A DNA stretch of 64,000 nt from contig OZ024741.1 in NCBI GenBank assembly GCA_964016885.1, forward strand, positions 389,174,001 to 389,238,000. Direction: 5' to 3'. Origin of the DNA: Eledone cirrhosa (Eukaryota). The position numbers and the translations under genes were made by a program. The first letter of the stretch is position 1, and each line of letters begins with the position of its first letter. Below the pieces are notes generated by a model that was not told the DNA's origin, did no database searches, and saw only the letters and a program-made list of their open reading frames with translations. Positions 25,291 through 38,107 of this stretch are shown here, in pieces.

Positions 25291-25459
25291 AACTTATCAC
25301 TCAGTTTAACAATATTTATCTGGCCATTGGGTGCTTCTAGAGAATTCCATTCCTTTGTAAGTACTCAGGACAGGTCTCTGGTTTGAAAGAATAACTTCCT
25401 CCATTCTTCCTGTAGTCTTGGAGTCCTTGAAAAAGGTTGTAAGCTCTGCACTTCTTTCC
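25291..25459 (-). pseudogene. Candidate exon containing an in-frame TGA
   Basis: taag acceptor, GTAAGT donor; KEVQSLQPFSRTPRLQEEWRKLFFQTRDLS*VLTKEWNSLEAPNGQINIVKLSDK. Confidence 0.2.
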
Positions 25460-25624
25460 CTTAAAGTTATGGAGGATAATTTGGTAATAATGTCAGACTA
25501 GATAACAACTAGCTTATCTCTAAGTAGAAATAACATATTTCACCAGGATTCACTTAAGATACAATGAAATAAATAAATACATCCATACATACATGCATGC
25601 ATTGGTAGACTTTACTCAATGCTC

Positions 25625-25700
25625 GATTAGAATAAAAATAAATTGACCGATTCACTGAAAAAGTTGTACGTGGGTACTTGAGACAAAAACAGAGTTATGA
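25625..25700 (+). mobile_element. Small R4/Dong-like fragment following a (CATA)-like tract
   Basis: 'aaattgaccgattcactgaaaaagttgtacgtgggtacttgagac' matches 43032-43076 and 37609-37635. Confidence 0.6.
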
Positions 25701-26454
25701 ACACAACAGAATATGGAGAATATATGTGAGTATAAACGACATAAGTTCATTCACTGGAGGGAATGATCCTAACTTTAACACACAGAAATTATAGTCATCT
25801 TCAATAGTTAGCTGACAAATAAGGGATATGTCCATCTTTTCTTGTTGCATGTGCTCATATTTTGATTTATATAACTTCTTTAACTAACACAGGCTCTTTG
25901 ACTTATATCTAAAAATAGATCATACATCACCAGCTACCCTTCTTTCTTTTCTTCTTCCTCTTCCCATCTCCCTTTCTTCCTCTTTCATTCTCTTACTGCT
26001 TTTCTTCTGTCTCTTATTATCTATTCCTCTTCCTTTTACTTTCTAAACCTCATGTCACTTTCACAACCATTTGCCCCATTCTGCTGCTAACCTTACTATC
26101 AACACTGTGATGCTGTTTCATCTTAGGGCTAACATCCAAAATTTTTCACTCTCTCTATTTCCTTCTGGCTAACTGTAATCAGTTAGAAGCTTCTTGGGTT
26201 GTACATACACCTTTTGCTCTTTATTTGTGTATTTAGTCAAACAAACACATTCTACCATGTGTTACTGTATTTTAACATCCTATTTTGTTGTGTTGCAATC
26301 TCATGTGTGCTGGAGGGAGTGGTCCTAACTGTACAATAATGAAATCATAGTAATCTCTAGTAATTTGCTGACAAATAATGGATATGTCAATGTTTTTTTT
26401 TTTTAACTTTGTCTGTCCCGATCATGTGAGCTCGAATACCTTCTCTGGCTTGGC

Positions 26455-26660
26455 TCATATCTGGACAACTTGTCTAACCCATGCCAGCATGGAAAAAGGG
26501 ATGTTAAATAATGATGGTGATGATGATGATGATATATATATATATATATAATCATCTTCATCACCCTTTTACGTCCGTTCTAGCATGGGTTAGACGGGTT
26601 GTCCTGTTGTGGGCAGTGTCCGGTCAGCTGACCTTTTCTTGCTCATACGGGAACTGACCC
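26455..26660. mobile_element. Two RTE-type 3' tails facing each other across (TA)n
   Basis: 'aacccatgccagcatggaaaa..gatgat' on +, then 'catc..tttacgtccg..agcatgggttagacggg' on -. Confidence 0.65.
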
Positions 26661-27128
26661 AATAAGGATGAAAGGCAAAGCTTAGCTCAGTGCCTTAATG
26701 CCATTGAGAATTAATAGTACAAAATCAATAGTACAGAATAGAATAAATGTTTGAGAACCATTACAGCCAACATAAATGAAATAATCTTGGTTCTATGGCA
26801 ATATGCTTCTGTCTATATCTTATGTATGTATGTATGTGTATTTATATATATACATATATATATATGTGTGTAAATATGCATATGTACACATATATATATA
26901 TAATCACACACACATATATATATATATAAATATGCATATGTATACACATATATATATAATCACACACACATATATATATATACACACATATGTACACATG
27001 GGTTGTATTGAACATTAATAATAATATTCGATTCATTTGTAAAGAAACGGTCTGATATAAAGCTGGCCAGGGATTTTACAGCTGGATGCCCTTCCTAACA
27101 CCAACCACATTTACAGTGTGGTCCTGAA

Positions 27129-29182
27129 TGGCACCACTATGAGGAGGGAGAGGCCAGTTGGCTGCACCGAACCCCTCTCATAGCGTAACCACAGTCCAGG
27201 AACCTGGAACTGGATGGCACCGCCAATGAGGAGGGAGAGGCCAGTTGGCTGCACCAAACCCTTCTCACAGCAGAACTGTATTTTGGGATCAAAACCATGT
27301 TTGCAGTGGCACTGCTATGGGGAAGGACAGGCTAGTTGGTTGTGCCAAATTCTTCTCAAAGCAGAATCACAGTTTGGAAGCCTGTGATTGATTGGCCCCA
27401 CCATGAGGATGGACAGGCCAGCTGGACATGCCAAGCCCTTCTCACAGCAGAACTATACAATCACATTTGCAGCGTGGAACCGCTGTGAGGAAAGATAGGC
27501 CATTTGGCTGTACCTAACCTTTCTCACAGCAGAACCACAGTTTGGGAGTCTAGAACTGGATGACACCACTATGAGGAGGGTCAGGCCATTTGGCTGTACC
27601 TAACCTTTCTCACAGCAGAACCACAGTTTGGGAGTCTAGAACTGGATGACACCACTATGAGGAGGGTCAGGCCATTTGGCTGTACCTAACCTTTCTCACA
27701 GCAGAACCACAGTTTGGGAGTCTAGAACTGGATGACACCACTATGAGGAGGGTCAGGCCTGTTGGCTGTACCTAACCTTTCTCACAGCAGAACCACAGCT
27801 TGGGAGTCTAGAACTGGATGACACCACTATGAGGAGGGTCAGGCCATTTGGCTGTACCTAACCTTTCTCACAGCAGAACCACAGTTTGGGAGTCTAGAAC
27901 TGGATGACACCACTATGAGGAGGGTCAGGCTATTTGGCTGTACCTAACCTTTCTCACAGCAGAACCACAGTTTGGGAATCTAGAACTGGATGACACCACT
28001 GTGAGGAGGGTCAGGCCTGTTGGCTGTACCTAACCTTTCTCACAGCAGAACCACAGTTTGGGAGTCTAGAACTGGATGACACCACTATGAGGAGGGTCAT
28101 GCCTGTTGGCTGTAACTAACCTTTCTCACAGCAGAACCACAGTTTGGGAGTCTAGAACTGGATGACACCACTATGAGGAGGGTCAGGCCTGTTGGCTGTA
28201 CCTAATCTTTCTCCCTGCAGAACCACAGTTTGGGAGCCTATAACTGGATGACACCACTGTGAGGAGGGTCAGGCCTGTTGGCTGTACCTAACCTTTCTCA
28301 CAGCAGAACCACAGTTTGGGAGCCTAGAACTGGATGACACCACTGTGAGGAGGGTCAGGCCTGTTGGCTGTACCTAACCTTTCTCCCTGCAGAACCACAG
28401 TTTGGGAGCCTAGAACTAGATGACACCACTGTGAGGAGGGTCAGGCCTGTTGGCTGTACCTAACCTTTCTCACAGCAGAACCACAGTTTGGGAGCCTAGA
28501 ACTGGATGACACCACTGTGAGGAGGGTCAGGCCTGTTGGCTGTACCTAACCTTTCTCCCTGCAGAACCACAGTTTGGGTGTCTAGAACTGGATGACACCA
28601 CTGTGAGGAGGGTCAGGCCTGTTGGCTGTACCTAACCTTTCTCACAGCAGAACCACAGTTTGGGAGCCTAGAACTGGATGACACCACTGTGAGGAGGGTC
28701 AGGCCTGTTGGCTGTACCTAACCTTTCTCCCTGCAGAACCACAGTTTGGGAGCCTAGAACTAGATGACACCACTGTGAGGAGGGTCAGGCCTGTTGGCTG
28801 TACCTAACCTTTCTCACAGCAGAACCACAGTTTGGGAGCCTAGAACTGGATGACACCACTGTGAGGAGGGTCAGGCCTGTTGGCTGTACCTAACCTTTCT
28901 CCCTGCAGAACCACAGTTTGGGTGTCTAGAACTGGATGACACCACTGTGAGGAGGGTCAGGCCATTTGGCTGTACCTAACCTTTCTCACAGCAGAACCAC
29001 AGTTTGGGAGCCTAGAACTGGATGACACCACTGTGAGGAGGGTCAGGCCTGTTGGCTGTACCTAACCTTTCTCCCTGCAGAACCACAGTTTGGGTGTCTA
29101 GAACTGGATGACACCACTGTGAGGAGGGTCAGGCCTGTTGGCTGTACCTAACCTTTCTCCCTGCAGAACCACAGTTTGGGAG
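27129..29182. repeat. 86-bp tandem array, ~23-24 units, each containing a hairpin
   Basis: Period 86 (gcagaacc at 27529, 27615, 27701...); diverged units at the left edge; 172/344-bp higher-order variants. Confidence 0.95.
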
Positions 29183-29684
29183 GAGGTTTGGCCAGTTGCC
29201 TGTGTCAATCTTTACTCATATGGGTGGGTCTGCCATTGACTGTGCTCTTCTGGTGGTGGATGATGTCTTGGTGTTGGCTTTTTGTGTCTGAAAAGAAGGA
29301 GAGGGCAGGTGTGGTGCCCCAGGACTGGATGTTTACATTGTGACTTTGTTTATTATGAATATTACTTACCAGTCAGTAATATTTGGTGCTACTGGGGGGT
29401 GGGGGTATTAGTGGTGCATGTGTTGGTGGTGCAAATATTACCTGTAGAGGTGGACAGGTGTGTAGGTTATGGAGTGGTATAACACATAGAGGTGTTGGGT
29501 GACTAGGTTATGTAGTTATGTTGACAAAATGTTGCTCCCCTATGTTTTCATTGGCTTATAGTGGTGAAAGGAGGTGGGAGGGTGGGGAAAATGTGGAAGA
29601 GATTTAAGACATGTTTAACATTTAAGACACAAGATACGTCAGTTGTGGAATAAATTAGAAATAGGATTTAGGCTTGAAGGTAAA

Positions 29685-29872
29685 TAATTGTTTCTACTTT
29701 AGGCACAAGGCCAGCAATTATCCAGTACATTACTGGTACTTTATTTTATCAACCCCGTAAGGATGAAAGGCAAAGTTAACCTCGGCGGGATTTGAACTCA
29801 GAATGGCAAGGGCCGTAACTCTATGCATCAAAGCATGGCATCCGACCTTCTACCGATACTGCCAATGCACCA
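29685..29872 (-). mobile_element. tRNA-type SINE, near complete
   Basis: Reverse complement of 51313-51492; B-box 'gagttcaaatccc'. Confidence 0.8.
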
Positions 29873-29902
29873 CAACAAGATAAATAGACTTATATGTATG
29901 TA

Positions 29903-29935
<33 letters not shown>

Positions 29936-29979
29936 TTTTTTTTTATTATTTATTTATTTATTTATTTATTTATATTTTT

Positions 29980-32900
29980 CCAGGATTCATAAAAATGGCT
30001 TCTCTCGGCCCTCTAAATCGCTATCATCCCCCCTCTCTCTATCATATACGTGCCTGTCTCTCTCTCTCTCTCACTCCCTACTCGCACCAAATATAAATAA
30101 ACCTGTTACGAGGTACGATTCTCAGAATTTGTCAACTCTTATTAATGGTCAGTCCACTTCTACGAAATGTAATGTATAAATAACATTTTCGTCTTGTCTC
30201 CCCACCATTCGGTTCATTCATCCATATATCTATAATAGCCCAGAATCCAAATCCTACTTCTTAATTGCTATTCTATAATTCTGTCTGACTGTTCTAAATA
30301 ATCTTCTCCTCGCTAACTACCCATACCCCTCCCTACCGCCCCCAATCACCACCTTTATTATTTGGACCAATCATAAGTCAACGGCCTATGCTATCACTTC
30401 TGGTTGCTTTTCGATATGATGGATGGACTAAGGAATTTCTGGAGAGTCTGAAGAATCTGGACACTCGAAGACAATGCCAAAGATAACGACAAATTCACCT
30501 CATGCTGCCGGACGAAAGGGCAAGAACTCCTCCTCTTTGTTTCGGCCGCGGATGGCCAACATAACCCCAACCCCATCCCCCTCACCCCTCCTTGCGCCCC
30601 ACCCACCAAACGCAATCCAAAACTTCAGAGTTGGTACCATGAATGTAGGCACCTTAAAAGGCCGCTCTCACGAGGTTGTAGAAATGCTTGAACGTAAGGA
30701 GGTTGATGTTTGCTGTATCCAAGAGACCAGGTGGAGGGGCGGGTCTGCTAGATTCATTGTGGGTAAGAAACGATGATATAAGCTTTTCTGGGTGGGAAAT
30801 GACAATGGGCTGGGTGGGGTAGGAATCATGTTAGCAGAAAAATGGGTGGATAAGATAATAGACGTAAATAGAGTGAATGACAGAATAATTAAAATAAGAC
30901 TTGTTCTAAATAGAACTACTGTGACAGTAATATCTGCGTACGCACCCCAATCCGGACTGCCTGGCGCTATAAAAGACAGATTCTATGAGACACTGATGCT
31001 CACTACCTCCCAAATAACCGACAGTGACTATATAATTATTGCAGGCGACCTAAACGGTCACGTTGGACAACATTGTGACGGCTACGACGAAATCCATGGA
31101 GGCTATGGGTTTGGTACTAGAAATGAGGAAGGCTCCAGAATCCTGGAATACTGTGACGCAAATAACCTAACTATCTGTAACACTAACTTCAAAAAATGAG
31201 ACAATCACTTGATCACCTACAGATCAGGGGAACATACCAGTCAGGTAGATTATATCCTTACCAGAAGACGCGACAGAGTGTCTGTTGTAAACATTAAATC
31301 CCTCCCTCATGAAGAATGCACCTCCCAACATAGACTGATAATTAGCGACCTCATAGTCAGGACGAGACGTACTCGACAACAGAAGAGGACTATCCTCAGG
31401 AGAAAAATATGGAAGCTAAAGGACCCCACAGCCAGAAATAAATTTAAAAGCATATTACTTGATGCTTTCGACAGTAAGGAAGAGCATTTAGAGTCGTACA
31501 ATATAGAGGAACAGTGGGAATTCCTGAAAGCAAACCTGCTGATGGCGGCAGACAAAGTCTGTGGCTGGAGCAGGCCTATAGGCAGGAGGAGAGTAACATG
31601 GTGGTGGAACAGTAAGATGGAAGAGTCAATTAAGGCCAAAAAGCAGGCTTGGAAAGTATGGCGGGATGGGGGAAGTAGAGAAGACTATCAAGTGGCCAGG
31701 AGGGAAGCTAGGAGACAAGTGTACTTCCCAAGAAGGGAAGCAGAGGAAAGAAAGTTCAAGCATGTTCTACAACGCGAGGACCAAAAACGTGAGGTGTTCA
31801 GGAAAACCGTGATATTGTCGGGGAGAAGTGTGTCCTTAATGATGATGGTGTACTTGCCATCACTGACGCTGATAAGAAGGTAGCTTGGAAGTGTCACTAC
31901 GAAAGGCTACTAAATGAGGAGAATAAATTGGAGAAAGACAGTCTCCCCCACATCGATCCAATAGAGGGATCAGCAGTGCTAGTCGAAGGTAGTATAATAA
32001 GTAAGGCAATCAAAGATATGAAGACGGGTAAGGCGGCTGGGCCTTCGGAAATAGTTGCTGACTGAAATGTTGAAAGCTTCTGGAACGGTGGGACACACCA
32101 TGGTCACCCCGATAGTAAACCAAGTCATACAGAATGGGGTTGTTCCGAGCGACTGGCGTAGCAGCATCATCATTAACTGCTACAAGGGTAAAGGAGATGC
32201 CCTAGATAGGAGTAACTATAGAGGCATTAAATTAATCGACCAGGTCATGAAGGTCACAGAAAAAGTAATAGCGCAACTAATCAGAGAGAGAATTGATCTA
32301 GATGAAATGCAGTTTGGGTTTGTGTCAGGTAAAAGTACCACAGACGCTCTTTTCATTGTACCACAACTACAGGAGAAGTACCTAGCTAAAAGTAAACCCC
32401 TATACTTAGCTTTTGTTGACTTGTAGAAAGCCTTCGACAGAGTCCCCCGTTCCATTATCTGGTGGGCTCTTAGAAAACTAGGTGTTGATGAATGGCTTGT
32501 GAGAGCTGTACAAGCCATGTATAAAGAAACAGTCAGCAAGGTTAGAATTAACAACGAATATAGTGAAGAGTTTAGCGTAAAAGTTCTTATCCCCCTACTA
32601 TTTATTATTGCCCTTCAGGCTATAACAGTGGAGTTCAAGACCGGCTGCCCATGGGAACTCCTATACGCAGATGATCTAACGCTCATAGCTGAATCAATGG
32701 CTGAACTAGAGGAGAAATTCCAAACATGGAAGCATGGCCTAGAATCAAAAGGCCTTAAAATTAACCTGTCTAAGACTAAAGTTCTAGTTTGTAGGAAGGA
32801 AAATAGGACACCGGTCCCATCCGGGAAATGGCCATGCTCAGTGTGTAGGAAAGGAGTAGGTAGAAACTCCATTTTATGTCCCAAATGCAAAGTATGGGTG

Positions 32901-34020
32901 CATAAAAGATGTAATGGGATCACAGGTAAGTTAACTAAGAACATAGATTTTATATGTGGCCGGTGCTCTGGTGCAATAAGTAGCAGCAAGTGCCCACAGA
33001 ATACTAGCTCATTTCATTGCACAGATGGTTCTATAGAAATAGTGGACAGTTTCCGTTACCTGGGTGACAAAATCAGCAGTGGGGGAGGGTACTCTGAAAG
33101 TACAGTAGCTAGAGTCAGAACTGGATGGAAAAAGTTCAGAGAGCTTATACCACTATTAGCCGCTAAAGGCTTCACCCTAAAAATGAAAGGCAGGCTGTAT
33201 GATGCCTGCATACGAACAGCAATGTTACATGGCAGTGAGACCTGGGCATTGTGTGCAGAGGATATAAGCAGACTGGAGAGGAACGAAGCTTGCATGCTCC
33301 GCTGGATGTGTAATAGTAATATACGTGAACGGCAAAGCATAAACGAACTAAGGGAAAAATTAGAAATAAGAGGGATCAGATGTTGTTTACTTGAGAGAAG
33401 ACTACGTTGGTATGGTCACGTGATACGCATGAAAGACGACAGCTGTATAAAAAAGTGCAGGGCAATAAAAATTGACGGTAGCCACGGAGTAGGCAGACCC
33501 AGAAAAACCTGGGACGACTTGATAAATTCCGACCTCACACACTTACACCTCTCCAAGACAATGTCACTGGACCGAGATCTTTGGCGCTACACAGTAATAG
33601 AGAAGACCCGCCTTACCTAAGTACAAAGTGAAACCTACTACAGTCAGTAGGCACCGCTAACAAAATACACCCCATCCCACTACCCCCACCCCATCCACAC
33701 CACCCCTTTCAATGTAAAGTTATGTTGGTACCACAACATCCAGGCCGAAACAAATGAGGTCGTGTATAGGTGTCACGACAAAAAAACACATAGTCCACGC
33801 TGTAATGTGGCCGTGTAGGCAACACGGTAAAAACCTCCCAGTCCACACTGTAAATGTGGTTGGTGTTAGGAAGGGCATCCAACCGTAGAAGACCCGCCAG
33901 ACAGTCCTATGCGAGCAAGACAACCACTCTTGCCTCAAGTGGGAAAACTCCCGTCCAAACCCATGCAAGCGTGGAATATGGACGTTAAACGATGATGATG
34001 ATGATGATGATGATGATGAT
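29980..34020 (+). mobile_element. Near full-length RTE LINE #2 (5' region, APE, RT, PHD-like finger, long 3' region, (GAT)n tail), disabled
   Basis: VGTMNVGTL, CCIQETRW, AGDLNGHVG, SQVDYIL, NYRGIKLI, LLYADDL, WPCSVC..CPKC..WVHKRC..CGRC, GRPRKTW; stops at 30774, 31197 and 32424; 5' boundary approximate. Confidence 0.93.
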
Positions 34021-34024
34021 ATTT

Positions 34025-34394
34025 ATATTGTTATACTTGCGGAGGGTCATATTGTTATAATATTTCCAGAAATAATAACTGTTTAGTTCGGGTTAGTTTT
34101 CGCTTCTGTATCTTTTATATCTCCATAGTTAATTTATTTGGCAATCAATGTTTATCATTGATTGACCAACGGTTAAAAATAAAGATATAAATATAAATTT
34201 ATAGACTATATATATATATTTATATCTGTATTTTTAACCGTTAGTCAACCATTTACATTGATTGCCAAATAAATTAACTATGGAGATATAAAAGATACAG
34301 AAGCGAAAATCAACCCCAACCAAACAGTGAGTGTGTTCTGTTATTATTTCTGGCAATATTATAACAATATGACCCTCCCCAAGTATAACGATAT
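34025..34394. repeat. Inverted repeat (~170-bp arms) around an AT-rich centre
   Basis: 34025-34195 is the reverse complement of 34213-34394, with a ~13-nt indel and point changes. Confidence 0.85.
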
Positions 34395-34884
34395 TTGTTT
34401 CGACATACGATTTCATATAAAAAACCTTGCAAAGCAAATATATACATATATATATGTGTGTGTATGTATAAATACATATATATATGTATATATATTCATC
34501 ATCATCATCATCATTAAACGTCTGCTTTCCCCGCTAGCAAGTGTTTGACAGGTTTACATAGTCCAAGTCAGTACTGAAGCAGGGCTACTGAAATCCCAGG
34601 CAGGCTGAGAAGATCTGTATCCAGGATATGTATATATATATGATATAGTAAGTAACTGAATATGACAACATCACAATTAGAGGATCAACATTTATTATAT
34701 AATTGACATGTGTTTCGTTATCTCACAAATGAAAATATTTAGAAACGCTATTCCGATTATATTTGTCGGAAAATTCAATTCAAACTATATTGTATTAACA
34801 AATTATATATAAGGGCAGTGGATTGGCAGAATCGGTCGAGTGTCGGATACCATACTTTGCAACACAGAGTTAGTGCCCTTTACA

Positions 34885-37608
34885 GTGTAGACTGGGGTGG
34901 CGAAGGTGCATGAGGATTGGAGAGGTATATCTACGGTGAGGCACTTATCAGGTGAGGGTGTTAGAGTGTTGGAGTTGTATGGAAAGGGGAAATAAGGGAG
35001 AGTAGTGCATACAAAATGTATGCTTCAACCCGTGCACATGGGAAGGCAGGTCTTCTATATTACTGCCAGAGATCGCGATCCTGTGTTATCACCTTTATAA
35101 GGTGTAATTTTGCAAGGTCAACATTTATCCCAAGTCTTCCTAAGTCTTCCATCAACTTTGTGCACCCTGCATCTTTTTATACAGCTGTCAACCTTCATAT
35201 GAAACACATGTCCATACCAACACAACCTCCTCTCCTGCACACTGCGTCTCATCCCTCTTATGCCCACTTTCTCTCTCAGTTTATTTATGCTTTGCCAATC
35301 ATGGATATTACTATTACACATTCATTAAAGCAAGCAAGCTTCATTTCTTTCCAATCTATGCAGATTCTTTACACACAGTGCCCATGTCTTACTACCATGT
35401 AACATTGCTGTTTGTATACAAGCATCATACAATCTGCCCTTCATTTTGTAACTAGCAGCAGTAGTAGCTCACTAAACTTTTTCCATCCCCTTCTCATTCT
35501 GGCTACCATACTTTTGGCAGACCTACCCCCACGGCTAATTTACTCACCCTGGTAGCAGAAGCTTCAACTGCTTCTACGGAACCTTCCAAAAATTTGATAG
35601 CAGTGTTTCCTTTGAGTGTTTGTTACTGCTCCTGTGCAATGGCCACAAGTAAAACCTACATTCTTAGTTAACTTACCTTGGATCCCACTACATTCCTGTG
35701 TACCCATAGGTTGCATTTGTGATTGAGCAGAGCCATTTCACAGAAGGGATCCAGGTCTTGTTTTCCTTACTACTTACTAGAACTTTGGTCCTTGCCTAGT
35801 TGACTTTAAGACCTTTCGATTTCAGGTTATGCTTCCAGCTCAGGAATTCTTTCTCTAGTTCTGTCATATATGCTCATCCACATACAGGAGTTCCCTAGGG
35901 CATCCTGTTTTAAACTCTTCTGTTATAGCCTGGAGGACAATAATAAACTGGAGAGGCTAAGGACGGAACCTTTGTACACTAGACTCCTCGTTATATTCAT
36001 TATTAATTTTAACCTTACTGACAGTACCTCTGTACATGGCTTGTACTGCCCTTAGAAGCCACTCTTCTACTCCTAGTTTCCTATGCCCACCAGATTACAG
36101 AATGGGAAACCCTGTCAAAAGCTTTCTCTAGGCCAACAAATGCTAAGTATAGGGGTTTACTTTTAGCTAGATACTTCTGCAGTTGCCTCATAAGGAAAAG
36201 GGCATATATGGTACTTTTTCCTGGCACAAATCTGAACTGCATCTCATCTGGGTTAATTCAGTTGTACAATGACTCTTTCTGTAACTTTCATGACCTGGTC
36301 CATCAGTTTTATGCCCTAATAGTTCCCTCTGTTTAGTGCATCACCCTTGCCCTTGTAGCAGTTGACAATGCTGTTGTTATGCCAGTCATTGGATATGGCA
36401 CCATTTTGTATTACTTGGTTAACAATATAGGTCGTTATGGTGTGTCCTACCATCCCAAATGCTTTCAGCGTCTCAGCAACTATTTCTGATAGCCCTGCTG
36501 CTTAGCCTGTTTTCATGTCTTTAATTGCCTTACTACACTGCTACTACCTTGTACTGCTGGTCCCTCAGTATGGTCCACTTGGCACAGGCTATTTTCTTCC
36601 CACACATTTTCCTCATTCATCAGTCTCTCATAATGACATTTCTATGCTCCCTTCTTTTCAGTTTCAGTGAGGGCAAGTGCACTATTATCATCTGAAACAC
36701 ACTTCATCCCACAACATCAATATTTTCCCTCACACACTGCCCTGCAAACCTGAACACCTCGTGTCTTTGGTCCTCATGCCACATAACATGCATAAAGTTT
36801 TTATTTTCCTCCTTACAAAGTATACTTGTTGCCTTGCCTCTCTCCTTGCCACTTGGTAAAGTTTTCTGCTATCCTCATTTTGTCATTCCTTCCATGCCTG
36901 TCTCTTGGCCTTGTTTCATCCACTTTATTATTCTACCACCAAGCCACTCTCCTACTCCCTGGACCTCTGCTCTAGCCACATACCTCATTTGTAGCCTTCA
37001 GTAGCTTACCTCTCAGGAACACCACTGCCCCTCTATATCATGTCGCTATTTCTTCCTTATTGTCAAGAGTGTCAAGTAAGATATTCTAAAATGTGTTAAA
37101 AGCTGAGGGCTTCTTCAATTATCCTATCATTCTCCTCCAGGTCCCCCCACCCCAATCTCTGAGTTTGTCTAGCTCTAATTAGTAAGTTACCAACTACCAG
37201 GTTATGCTGGGCGGTGCATTCCTCACCCGGAAGGGATTTTGTGTTTACGACCATCATTCTATCTCGTTTTCTGGTGAGGATGAAATCTATATGGCTGGTG
37301 TGCTCACCTGATCTATAGGTGATTAAGTGGTTGTCAGGTTCTTTTTAAGTTAATGTTATAGATCATCAGTTCATTAGCATCACAGAATTCTGGGAACCCT
37401 GGATTCTTCCTCATTTCTAGCACCAACTCCATACCCACCATGTATCCCATGGAAGCCATCACTGTGTTGCCCAACATGTCCATTGATGTCTCCTGCTATG
37501 ATTAATAGTTCCTGGTCATTCACTAACGTAGTCTGTATTAGGGATTTCTAAAAATCATCTTTTAGCCTGTCTGGTAGTCCTGAATGTGGTGTATATACAG
37601 ATATAATT
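34885..37608 (-). mobile_element. Degraded near full-length RTE LINE #3
   Basis: Reverse strand follows LINE #2 from IISVYTPHSGL (37570-37605) through RT to QERRLCWYGHV..LRKTWD; many indels. Confidence 0.88.
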
Positions 37609-37951
37609 GAAGAAGTTGTACATGGGTACTTGAGACAAAAACACAGATGATAGAGGGGTTAAACCATATTAAAAGACTAACACGGAGTTCAAAGCTAATA
37701 ACATCCAGCCTTGGAGGATATCTCTATGCAATCCAAAAACGAAGAAATCCCCAGCAGGAGAAAGAACATAGCTCCTTGATTCATAAGCTACAAATGGCTG
37801 AAATATCTGGAACCTTCAAAATCTGTAAAACATTCTTACAATTTACTGGACGAATGCTTGTACAAGAAACGACAATAATTTCCTTTTCTTTACAAGTCTG
37901 AAACCAGGAAGGTGACCAGTCAAAAATAAACTCAAAATTAAAAAAATACAG

Positions 37952-37952
<1 letters not shown>
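37609..37952 (+). mobile_element. Internally deleted R4/Dong-like fragment, same family as 40450-43896
   Basis: Matches 43050-43195 joined to 43720-43890; ends at (CA)n/(CATA)n. Confidence 0.8.
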
Positions 37953-38021
<69 letters not shown>

Positions 38022-38107
38022 ACACACATACACACACACACACACATACATACATACATACATACATACATACATACATACATACATACATACATACATA
38101 CATACAT

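Noticed and set aside
27129-29182. CRISPR array or tandem coding repeat
   Set aside because: The sequence between hairpins is as conserved as the hairpins; 86 is not a multiple of 3 and there is no long ORF.
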